Assembly (NCBI RefSeq): GCF_006345805.1
Contig: NW_021834377.1
Span: 1-49,145 of the forward strand
Length of the DNA stretch: 49,145 nucleotides
Direction of reading: 5' to 3'
DNA from: Octopus sinensis
Lineage: Eukaryota
Each line of letters begins with the position of its first letter. Position 1 is the first letter of the stretch. Under the pieces are notes generated by a model. It was not told where the DNA came from. It made no database searches and was given only the letters and a program-made list of their open reading frames with translations. Of the stretch, positions 38,131 to 49,145 are shown piece by piece. A program made the translations under genes and the position numbers.

Positions 38131-39769
38131 AAAAGTTGTTTTTAAGTTACAATGGCTTAAAGTTCGATTATGTTTACTCATTCACAAAACAGGGTTTGGA
38201 AGCTATCATTTTGAGCATGGCAACACGTGTTGTCAGATATTTGTGAATCTGTATTCTTCACACGGTAATTCATAGGGTACTTTTACTTTTGTTTCAGTCA
38301 TTCGACTGCGGCCATGCTGGAGCACCACTTGTAGTCGAACAAACCTACAACTCTCTCTCTTCTCTCTCCCCTCCTTAATTCTTTTGTTCCTCTTTTTCTC
38401 TCTCTTCTGTTCCTACGTAACCGATAGCCCAGACAGCTAACCCTCTTTTTGCGTCTGACCATGGTCAGTGCAACATCAATATTCTTCCCTGTGTTTGTGA
38501 AAGCTCTGTATCTCTGCCGTAAGGCTTCATTTCCACACACACCAGCTGAATTCAATTCGTCCCCAGTCGAAAGACACCTGTTGTTATGTCCTGTTATTAT
38601 TATTAATATTTTTATTGTATTTTTGTATTTATACTTGTGTAACATCGTCTGTTTTTCCGTCCTTATTTTCGTATACATTCCATGCTTTCTTCCAAGGAAT
38701 CTGATGCTCTTAGCTTACTTTTTCCTTGGGGCTGGCCAGATTGGAGCAATCTCAAGATTAATCAGCCGAAATTGCGAGGACGACCTGGTTCTTTACAGGG
38801 GACAGAAAGCTTCGAATGACCCGTCCTTTCTTTTTCATAAAGGACCCGTTTGTACTTTGGTGTGAAATAATTTTTCCACACGTTTTTTTTAGTGCATTCA
38901 ACGATGCTCAGTCCAAACCCAAGACCCGCCACATTCTTCCAGAAAAGAAAGGGGGAGGGGTGGTGGGGGACCTTGGAGTTTCCCACCAACAGAGTTTTGT
39001 TTTGGTTTTTTTTCTGGGTTATTTTACATGCTTTCAATGTATGACATTGAAATTATACGTAAACGGCTCCTTTTCTTGCATGCCCTACTACCACGTAACA
39101 GCGATTTTGAGTCCTTTATCGTAAATAGCTGTTGTATGGTAACAGGGCATGCTAGAAATAGCAACCAAGTCTTTGAAAATGAGATACATTGAATGCACTT
39201 GAAAAAAACCTATGGAAAGAATTTATTTCACAGTGAGGTTACGAACAGGTCTTTTACGAAATATTTACGGTATTTCTAAAGCCATCTTCACTTTAAAATA
39301 TTTTTTAAATATGCCAAAACAATTTTCGTAATGGTATTCAATTGAAAATAATAAAAAAATAAATAAAATTGTCTGTTTAAAGAAAGCTAAAATATAAATA
39401 CAAAAAAGCAAAAATAGAAACATTTCCTGTAAAAACAACTTTTTTTGTTGGCAGTTAGTCATAATGTGTCTAACCGAAAGGCTAAAAATTCTTCCTTTTT
39501 AGTGTTAAGTTATTTTTGGTGTATTTTCCCAATATGCACTGTTCTGGGTATTTATACCCACCAAAACTCCTAATATCTCAAGAACCAATTGTCCAATTCA
39601 TGCGAAACTTGTTTTATTCCGTTTGTATTCACATCTCAGGAAAGTCTTAATTCTTAGTATTTTCCCCATTATGTGCCATTTTGGCTATGTAACATTTGAA
39701 GCAAGATTAAAGTTCATTTTTAATGTAATATATGTGTGTGTGTGTGTAGGTCTGCCTACTTACAACTGC

Positions 39770-39842
39770 AATACAAGTATTTAGTTGTGAATAAACCATT
39801 ATACTTGGCACTTGTTGGCCTGGAGAAAGGCTTTGATAGAAT
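39770..39842 (+). mobile_element. RTE RT micro-fragment
   Basis: KYLVVNKPLYLALVGLEKGFDR resembles LYxAFVDLEKAFDR. Confidence 0.6.
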
Positions 39843-39954
39843 TCCTCAGTTGGCCACACACCAAGGTACAACAGAACCTACTGAAGCAAGCCAAAGTGCT
39901 TCTGGCATTATCACAGGCAAGAGCAAGAAGTCGACATTAAAGTTCATACTGTTT

Positions 39955-40095
39955 TCAAATTTTGGCACAAGGCCAGCAATTCCACGTGTGTGTGTGTTAA
40001 GTTGAATATGTCGATTCCAGTGCTCAACCGTTGATTACTTCCACCAACCCCCAAAAGGACGAAAGACAAAGTCCACCTTGGCAGAATTTAAATGC
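39955..40095 (-). repeat. Degenerate SINE
   Basis: GGCACAAGGCCAGCAATT ... AAAGGACGAAAGACAAAGTCCACCTTGGCAGAATTT resembles the 44467-44636 copy. Confidence 0.5.
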
Positions 40096-41834
40096 AAATG
40101 TCATGTCAGAAGAACCACAGCTAAGCATTTTCCCCAATGTGCTAACGACCCTGCCAGTTCGCCACCTTAGTTTCTTATTAATTACTAGTGGGACCCATGT
40201 AAATTCTACAGAAGGAAAAAAATTAAGAGGACCTATTTAAGAAAGAGAGGATGATTTGCATTTTAATAGCATTCATAGTTTTAGCTTTCTTTGAATATAC
40301 TTGGCATCTGTCTACATCCAATTCCTCACAACACCATCGGTGCCATCTTTTTCCTCTTTTTTATTATATCTTCTTAGTGTTCCATGCTCTAGATCTGTGC
40401 ATCTTTTCTCAGGCAGCTTGCAACTGTGTCTCTTGTGAATCCATAGTTTAGGCTAAATTAATCCTTAGAAACAAATATCAATCTCTTAAGTGAGAAGACG
40501 ATAAATAATTGCACAGAAGTGCAAGTGTTGAGTGATGGTCTCTATAAAAAAAAGAAATTCCTTTTCACTATCAACACACCACCACCATCATCTCTCTCTC
40601 TCTGCCTTTCTTTAATCTCACCATCAGAACATCACCCCTCTGCTAAGATTATATTTTTAACTCTTCTCTATATCACAACCTTCAGCTAGCTTTTTTAACC
40701 ATAAAATAACTATTACATTCCCCACCTATCACATGTCATACTTGCTTCTTTCTTAGTCTTTTTGTCTCTCCTTTTTCTTCCTTTCTCTATTTGCCTCACT
40801 CTTTGTCTTATCATCTTTTCTCTCTCTACCCCGTTTTCTCTAATAACATGAAAGTGTTACTGATGAGCTAAGTAACAGAATGAGAAGCAGAATTATTATA
40901 AGATCACCTTACTCTATTTCTCCCTCCCTTTTCTCCAATTCTATCCCCACCCCTTATTTATTCCACTAATCTAATGAAAGCATAACAGCTGTACAAACAA
41001 GCTGGTTATTATATATATACATAAATATCATTTTTGTCTGAGGTTTGGATAATATTCTTTGCAGAGTAATTACATATCACATAAGGAGACTGGAAAACAG
41101 TTTGATAGTATTTATTCAGCATTACATATGTTTCATTACCTAATAGGAATTACAAACTTTTAGACTAAGAGAAAACATGTAAAATATCTCCTATAAGAAA
41201 TTCTTCATATATACATATATACACGTGTGTGTGTGTATGCACAAGTGAGTGTATCCTTGTACAGACATTATGTGATGTCCGTAAATGGCCATCATGACCG
41301 TCATACTTCTGCAGTTCTACATTTCCAGTCCTCTGCGTAAATTATGTCTCACCAGGGAAAATATTTCCTTGCTTGGAAACAGGTGAGGATTGGTGACAAG
41401 AAAGGCTACCCAGCTCAGGAAAAGCTCCATCAATGAATTCCATCTGATCCATTGAAGCATGGAAAAGCGAATTTTAAATGATGATGATTATCATCATTGT
41501 AGTGATATGGTTCCTCTTCTGTATGAATGCAGTTATGTTTTAATAATTGATCATTTTCATAGATTGACTTAGCACAAATGTCTTAGGGTATGGTTTTATC
41601 TTTCATATTAATATGACTGTGTAGAATTCTCCATTTTGATAGAATGATTAAGCACTGCTATCACAGTGATATGTTTTCCTTCCTCTGTCAATGCTCTTTT
41701 GATTCGTTAATGGATCATTTCAAATGAAAGGCTTACCATTGATATCACTTTGATATAGTTTCTTTCTTGTGTAGAGGGTTTTATGAGATACAAACATGTC
41801 CTTCTGAAGGAATGTCATACAACCAATATCACTG

Positions 41835-43040
41835 TTATGGATCAACTTCATAACGAATACACTTGTGTTTAATTGACTGATGTTTCTGTGAGAATGATTT
41901 ACCACAGATGTCACAGTGGTATGGTTTCTCACCTGTATGAATACGCTTGTGTGGGGTTAAGCTACCGCTTTCAGAGAATGATTTACCACAGATATCACAG
42001 GAATATGGTTTGTCTCCTGTATGAATACGTTTGTGTTTAATTAAGGTACTGCAATCAGAGTATGATTTATCACAAATATCACAGTGGTATGGTTTCTCCC
42101 CTGTATGAATACGGTTGTGGTTGGTTAGGGTACTGCCATCAGAGAATGATTTACCACAGATATCACAGTGATATGGCTTGTCTCCTGTATGAATACGTTT
42201 ATGTTTAGTTAAGCTACTGCCATTAGAGAATGATTTACCGCAGATATCACAGTGATATGGTTTATCCCCTGTATGAATACGTTTGTGAGTGGTTAGGTCG
42301 CTATTTCTAGAGAATGATTTACCACAGATATCACAGGGATATGGCTTGTCTCCTGTATGAATACGTTTGTGTGCAGTTAAGTTACTGCCACCAGAGAATG
42401 ATTTACCGCAGATATCACAGTGATATGGTTTGTCCCCTATATGAATACGCTTGTGAATATCTAAGCTATGAGCATGAGAGAATGATTTACCACAGATATC
42501 ACAGTGATATGGTTTCTCACCTGTATGAATACGTTTGTGGTTAGCTAAGTCACTCCTTTGATAGAATGATTTACCACAGATATCACAGTGGTGTGGTTTC
42601 TCACCTGTATGAACACGTTTGTGTTGAGTTAAGCTACTGCTTTGAGAGAATGATTTACCACAGATATTACAGGTATATGGTTTTTCTCCTGTATGAATAC
42701 GTTTATGTTTAGTTAAGCTACTGCCAACAGAGAATGATTTACCACAGATATCACACTGATATGGTTTCTCCCCCGTATGAATACGTTTGTGTGTAGCTAG
42801 GCTACTGCCAGCAGAGAGTGATTTACCACAGATATCACAGGGATATGGTTTCTCTCCTGTATGAATATGTATGTGTCGTGTTAAGTGACTGCTACTTAAG
42901 AATGATTTACCACAGATACTACAGTGATATGGTGCTTCCTCTGTATGAATTTGTTTGTGTTGATTGAATTTACTTTCTTCTAAGAATGACTCTTTGCAGA
43001 TGTCACAGTCATATGATGATTTTCCTAATTCTTCCGACAT
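41835..43040 (-). CDS. C2H2 zinc-finger protein ZNF-5, 13 fingers plus a terminal incomplete one
   Basis: [11 protein letters not shown] start; intact repeats; all helices differ from one another. Confidence 0.9.
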   Translation of the reverse strand: MSEELGKSSYDCDICKESFLEESKFNQHKQIHTEEAPYHCSICGKSFLSSSHLTRHIHIHTGEKPYPCDICGKSLSAGSSLATHKRIHTGEKPYQCDICGKSFSVGSSLTKHKRIHTGEKPYTCNICGKSFSQSSSLTQHKRVHTGEKPHHCDICGKSFYQRSDLANHKRIHTGEKPYHCDICGKSFSHAHSLDIHKRIHIGDKPYHCDICGKSFSGGSNLTAHKRIHTGDKPYPCDICGKSFSRNSDLTTHKRIHTGDKPYHCDICGKSFSNGSSLTKHKRIHTGDKPYHCDICGKSFSDGSTLTNHNRIHTGEKPYHCDICDKSYSDCSTLIKHKRIHTGDKPYSCDICGKSFSESGSLTPHKRIHTGEKPYHCDICGKSFSQKHQSIKHKCIRYEVDP

Positions 43041-44466
43041 CTCTTCAAGAAAAATAAAACTGAACCTTCAAGTTGTACAGATCAACAACTTTTCAAAAAT
43101 ATTTCTTCTCTCACCAAAATATATGGATATTTTGCTTCTTTTTGCTTTTATAGTTTATTCCAAACAAATATCACTTCTCTTATATTTCTTCTGAACGTGA
43201 TCAATGCTAATATTTAAAAATGTTGCAAATACTCTTTGGAAATCTACCAAAGTATATTTAAAAGAGAAGATTATCCTTTGCACATTTCAGACACAGAAGT
43301 AAAGAAATGCTTTCTCTCTCTGAAGAAATATTTTACTGTAATTCAGCAATGTTTTATAGAAGCAGGATTATACGTTTGTAGAATATCTTTGCAGAGTCTT
43401 TCAAACATGATACATATTGATGATTCTTTAAAAGTAAAAAATACTTTTTAGCCAATTTCATGTGATTTTTCTGAAAGAATAGAAAAAATAATATAAGACA
43501 TAAAGCATGTTTAAAAGGCAGATATTCAAAAGTGCAAATTTACGACATTTCTGTTTTCATAAATTGTAGAATTGATCCTTTATCTGAACTATTATATTCA
43601 TCCCATCTCTCTATTTTCAAGAGGTTTATATCACAGACACATCCATCGTAATAACACCTCCTGGACATTGCGTCTGTCCTAGACACACACACACACCAAT
43701 ATACATGTCAATGACAGTAGATATCTGATGTTTTCCCCTCAGTGTTCTATTGTATCAACACAGGTTTGTTTTATAACATAGACATCACTCCTCCTCTGCC
43801 TCTTTCTGTATATGCGTAAATATACAAATATATATATGTGGTTAGCTTAATGTTAACCTTTTGTTGATCATAAAAGATGCATAAAAGTCAGTAAATAATA
43901 TTGATGTCTGACTTGCAGCATCAAAATCTTTTGTGGGGAATTTTTGATGTTAAGAAAAATTGTTGGTTGATGAAATTGGTGACAATCCTTCTCCATGGGG
44001 CAAATGGAAGAGGCTTCAATGAAGTCTATCCTTATTTTACCGAAAAACTATAATTTCTTTTCATTGTTATGCACATAGTTTTAAAATTTAACCATTCTTG
44101 TTTTTTCTTTTAATTATAAATTCTTACACATTATAATTAATGTTTCTCTTCCTTGTTGCTTCAAAACGAAATATTGTTTATCTGGATGAGTGAAAAATAC
44201 ATTCATATTAAATATATACGCATTACAAAGAAAGAAAAGGATAACTTGCATAATTAATTGAAAATAACATTTAAAAAAGGGTGCAATTCTGCTTTAAACA
44301 TTATATAGTTCCTTAAAATTTTTTCCCCATTTTTCTGTGGAATTTTCGGATAATTCTCCAAATTTGTGACCTACATTATCAAAAAAATTGTTTCCCATTT
44401 TTTAAAAAATTGCCACTGTAGAACTTTGCTTAAATCCCAACAATGTGTTTATGTGGAGAAGGATAT

Positions 44467-44636
44467 CTTTTCTACTCTAGGCACAAGGCCAGAAATTTTG
44501 GGAGAAGGGGTCCCAGTGGATTAGATAGACCCCAGTACGCAACTGGTACTAAATTTATCGACCTCGAAAGGATGAAAGGCAAAGTCGACCTCGGCGGAAT
44601 TTGAACTCACGTGCTAACGATTCTACCAGCTCGCCG
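44467..44636 (-). mobile_element. tRNA-derived SINE
   Basis: B-box-like GTTCAAATTCCGCCGAGGTCGAC on the minus strand; homologous to 14583-14758. Confidence 0.8.
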
Positions 44637-45636
44637 GTTTTATATGGAGAAAAATACTGAAAAACGTCAGCACATCAGAGTGACAAAGAAACTAGGGAGG
44701 TATCAGGTGGTCGTGAGATGTGCGAAAAATAACAGCTAAATAGCTCTTAAAGCACACAGTTTTTGCTTGTTTGTTGAATTCTCGTGTGTAGAATATTTGC
44801 AAAAATTTTCTGAAAATTCCGGAAAAAACAAAACAAACCCCAGATATTAATTGTAAGTTGTAATGATGCAGAAGAACCGCCAGAAATAAAGACTTCCTAT
44901 GTCTCAAATAAAAGCCATTTCCTCTCGATACGATATTTGCTTTTCGTTTTAGTATTTCAAGTGCACACTCGTATTTTTATACATTCCCCATTTCTTACTA
45001 ATTACATCGCAATTTTCCAGCTTTTAACGAAATCGTCGAATTTACACGTTAGAAAGAAAGATAAATGTTATCTAAACAAGGGATTGATCCGACGTTTTTA
45101 CAAATAATTTAGAAAATAACCAAAAGTGCAATGAAATGTCTAAAAGAAAACGACAACACAATGAAAGTATTAAAATTACAGCCTTTCGTATAATTTCGTC
45201 TTAGTGAGATTTTTTTTCCTTTTAACTTTCTCAACACATCGAAACAAATAAATGTACATAATACGACACATATATAATAGAAATGTTTAAATAAATACTT
45301 ACATAGTAATAGATATGGAGAGAAAGAGTGAAGGAGGAAGATGTGAGAACTGGAGTCAGAGTGGACAACGACAGCTTCAAGAGAATTTCTAGATTTCTAC
45401 AACAAACGTTAATTAATATTTTTCAGGTCCACATAATCGTAAATGCTGTATCTGTTTCTTTAGACAGTTAATTACCAATCATTTGTATATATTTGATTGG
45501 GTTTTCTCTTAAATATCAGTTGTCAAGTGGAACTGATCAAACAATGAAGGTGCGTGAGAAACAAGAACAAGAAATACACTTAATTAGGAAGAGTTTTTAC
45601 AATGAACAACGGGAACTAACTCCGATTTCTTTATTA

Positions 45637-47305
45637 CCCACCAGGGGCGACGAAGAGGGGACATTACAAAACATTGGGGACATAGAACATTAACATTAAA
45701 TTTATGAACAATGAATTATTAAATGAAAAAATGATAATATGAAAGCGACGCTCTCGGCCCCATCCGCCAGCATCACTTACCTGTCCTTTATCACCCATTT
45801 CCAATTACAATTCCTAGTTTTTCTATCACACTCTTCGTTTTCCTTTCATACATCTCTATCATTTCACCCTGCATCGGCACTGTCATCCATTTTATACCCT
45901 CTTCCTCACACCTCCTCACCAATGTCTCCATAAATTCATATTTCACAACCGCGTAACTACCATCTTCATGTTCGCGCCATAAGTCTTTATGTACCATCCT
46001 TTTCGAGTTCTGGGTGTCCCTCCTCCTCGCAACACATAAAAAATAGGTCCTGGGACTTTGTTCGTTCTGTGTGTCTGCATTTGTTTTTGTTTTTCTTGTA
46101 GGCGAGGAGTGGGTGGTATCGCTGTTTGCAGGGGAGGGATGGGACTCAGAGGGTACGGGTGGGTTGGGGTTTCGTACTGTTTTCTTTTTTCTTTCTTTTC
46201 CTTTTTTTTCTCCCTTCTTCCCACTCTTGCTGGATCTCCTCCCCTTCAGTTGCTTCGCTTTCTGTTTGGTTCTCCTTTTCTTTAGTGTCTTCCTTCTTTT
46301 GGGGTTCCGTAACGATTTCCTTTTCCTTTGGTGGGGGAGGGCAGTAGGCTCTTATGTGACCCCTCAGGCCACACTTATAGCACCTGGGCGCCCTGCCCTC
46401 CATCCACACTCTCATAATAATGTTCCCCGTTCCTACAGTATCTGTCAGCCCTTCCACTGCTTCCGCCTCCGTCTGCATATTCATGTCCAAGGTAGCACCT
46501 CTCACGCCTTCGTATTTCATCGTGGCGTGGAGGATGTCCACCTTTTCCTCGTTTCCCTTAATCACCGCTGCCGTTATGTATTCACCCTCTAGGTGTGGAG
46601 GTATTCCCTCCACCCTAATTCTTGTGGTCCTTCTATTTAGATACGAGGGCAGTAAGTATATTTTCTCGGTCTTCACTACCTTGGCTGCTATTTTTTTGGC
46701 GACGTTCTCACTTCTATACTGCACCGCAACCGTTCCATACTCCATTCCTCTAGTCAGGTAAACAATTTCCTCTCCAGTCTGTTTCAATGCCTCTTCAATA
46801 ACTTCCATATTGACTATTTCCATCTTTCTTCCTCCATTCTCGTTCACTCTATATTTTATGGTTCTACGGTTGAACCACTCGCCCCGCTTTGCTGGAGGTG
46901 ACAGCTCGACTTCGCCGTTCTCCTCCTCCTTCATAAAATTCTGGAAGCCTGGTAGTTCAGCCAGGTCCACCTCTTTTTCTATCGACTTCCTCATTATTCC
47001 TGCGTAGGTACTTTCCAGCTTCCTGTCCATTTTTGCCACTGCTTCTTCCAACTCCCCCTCAGATGTTGACAATTCCGGCAAACTTTCAAATAAATTCCTC
47101 CCGGCCATCTCACCAGTTAGGGAGAGGCGGCTCATAATCTCCTCAGACCGAAAACGGCCGCCAAAACAGAAACAGTGCAACGCGCAGAACCAGTGCGACG
47201 CGAAACCGCATCAACCGAAGTTCAAAACTCCACAACAACAACACTTTTTTTTCTTTTTCACCGAATTCTACGAGCCGAGAAAAACACAACCGACGTCAAA
47301 CGTTA
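45637..47305 (-). mobile_element. ORF1-only Tx1-related element (copy D)
   Basis: 5' leader, ORF1 from ATG 47135 to TGA 45791 with one frameshift near 46200, then only about 150 nt before AATAAA; flanked by 26-bp direct repeats with 2 mismatches. Confidence 0.75.
45791..47135 (-). CDS. Tx1-type ORF1p with CCHC knuckle (approx. 448 codons after correcting one frameshift)
   Basis: LLPSYLNRRTTRIRVEGIP and MRVWMEGRAPRCYKCGLRGHIRAYC align with LLPSYMGKRTAKLLVEDIP and MRVSVEGRRPRCFKCGEKGHVRSNC of LINE A/B. Confidence 0.78.
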
Positions 47306-47318
47306 GGGAGCTAACTCC

Positions 47319-49145
47319 AATTTCTTTATTATGATTATACAATCGTTACATAGAAGGACAAATACAGGACATACATGCAAAAACAGTGAAGAGGTTCGAT
47401 TAAAAATTTTCCATAACATTTGGATTATTCATTATAAAAATTCGTCTGTAAATTGTCCTTTACGTGACCAATAGAATATTATAACATTTCATAAACTTTC
47501 GATCTTACCGAAGTTTTAAACCCCGGCAATTTATAAGGCCCCGCAGCTTTTGTTTCCTCTCCTCCCTCCATAGTTAAGCTGGGTTTCTGACACCCACCTT
47601 TTTTTCCACTTCCTTCCATCTTTTCTCATACACACCCCGTGGTAAGATCCTCTTTTCCAGCCCCATTTTGCTCTTCAGATGATATCTGAAGTAAGTGAGC
47701 AAGCCGGGGCCCGAGACAAAGGATCCTATCGCGACTCCTTCCATTCTTGTACGCCACATGCATTCTTTTACTACTGCAACCGTGCAGTGAAAACATGCCG
47801 CACCTTCCTTCGAGAGTCCAGTTGGCGGTATCATCTTAATCAGCTGTACTCGTCCCAGATGCGATAACACGTGTTCTGCGTAACTTATCAAGTCGGACAA
47901 CTTCCGACAGTGTACAAAAGCGTGCTGGACGGTTTCATCGTCCAACTCGCACCTTGGACACGTCGGTGGAACTGAAATTCCGTGCCGCGATAACTTCTCG
48001 CGAACAGGTAAAGCATTCCTATAGCACTGCCAGGCCAGGGATCTTTGGAAATTATCCAAATACCCCGTCCTGAAAGTCTTTTTAAACAGGTTGGTAAGCT
48101 GGTCTTCGTCAAACCCCAGAGCCCCTCCTAGGACGTCGTCGTTCTTTGCCTCTACCAGCCTTCTATAAAATACCGAGGTGGTATTTCCGCAGCCGGCCTT
48201 GCCCGTCTTGTGGATCAGCGTGAGTGCCTGTCGGCACTCCTTTTGCCATAAAGTCAGTTTCCATCTTTTGATACGACCGGGTTTAAAATTCACTAAGGAG
48301 GCCGGTCTCGGGAAAAATTCCCCTGCCAGCGGACTCCACACCTTATCACCCTCCAGGTGGTGCCAGAGATGCTTCAGCCTCAACGCATGTCTGCGCATCA
48401 TCAACCAAGGCATTCCTAACCCACCCTTTAACGGTTCCTGGCAGCAAACGGAGCGCCTCACAAGTGGCTTTCCTCCCTTCCACAAAAAGCGGAAAAGGAT
48501 TCGCTCCAACTTGCTAAGCCATGAATCGGGGCAAGGGACAACGGTCAGGCGGTAAGTGATTACGGATGCAATGAACATCTGTACCACCTCCACCCTTCCT
48601 TTCAAGGACAGAAACCTTCCGGACCAGGTCCGTACTATGGCCTCCACCTTGCTCGTCACCTCACTCCAGTTCCTCTCCGTTTGGAAGTCTGGCCCAAACC
48701 AAACTCCTAGCAACTTAACAGGGCCATCCGTCCAGTGTCCCACGACACTGGACGATATCGACTTGCTCCTCCAGGTGCCGAGGCGAGAGCCAACCGACTT
48801 GTCCTTGTTAACCTTTGCTCCTGCCACCGCCTCGTATCCTCTGATAGCCTCTTCCACACAAGGTAGCTGGGCCTCATTGGACACGATGAGGGTGACGTCA
48901 TCCGCATAAGCAGTAACCGTTCTCCCACCTCCGATCTCATCCGAGTTACTTCCCAGCCTCTCCAACTTTCGCAGCAATGGCTCAAGAGCCAACACGTACA
49001 AAAGTGGTGACAAGGGGCACCCTTGACGAACTGAACATTCGATCGAAAACGGTTCCGTTAGGTAACCGTTTAGGACGGTGGACTTGATGCCGCTATACAT
49101 AGCGGAGATCCACCCGCGAAATTCAGGGCCCAGTCCAGCCGCTTC
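47319..49145 (-). mobile_element. Tx1/L1-clade LINE, copy C, 3' part (continues beyond the window)
   Basis: ORF 47574-49100 nearly identical to A/B ORF2, with 3-bp and 15-bp in-frame deletions; complete 3' UTR with AATAAA. Confidence 0.93.

Noticed and set aside
38298-39124. Overlapping 90-140 aa ORFs on both strands
   Set aside because: Low-complexity and repeat-derived sequence with no recognisable domain.

Overview
AT-rich eukaryotic DNA. It most likely comes from an octopus/coleoid cephalopod, judged from the CDICGKSFS-type C2H2 arrays and the SINE sequence (recognition from memory, no database search). The window is a cluster of five paralogous C2H2 zinc-finger (ZNF) units oriented - - + + -. 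Each has a conserved upstream leader, an 84-bp finger array and a tail of decayed fingers. The cluster is densely invaded by transposons. There are three copies of one Tx1/L1-clade LINE (A 1-10493 minus, B 21315-26272 plus, C 47319-49145 minus). A very young Ty3/Gypsy LTR element is nested in ORF1 of copy A (418-bp LTRs differing at 2 sites, AGTT TSD, tRNA-Trp PBS). Also present are Helitron helicase fragments, RTE and Tc1 fragments, MITEs and SINEs. Best candidates for something new: (1) all four visible Tx1-type junction sites carry a GTTAG(T/C)TCCC motif, and the two that face a ZNF gene sit at the homologous position about 2.4-2.6 kb upstream of it; (2) a diverged ORF1-only (HAL1-like) Tx1 derivative is stacked directly behind copy C at that motif; (3) a 43-bp perfect inverted copy of neighbouring DNA is pasted into the Gypsy element; (4) a minimal hammerhead-like motif; (5) the ZNF design pairs an invariant acidic first finger with a shuffled finger library and a dormant post-stop finger tail. 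Many frameshifts fall in homopolymers and may be assembly errors. Boundaries of degraded repeats are approximate.
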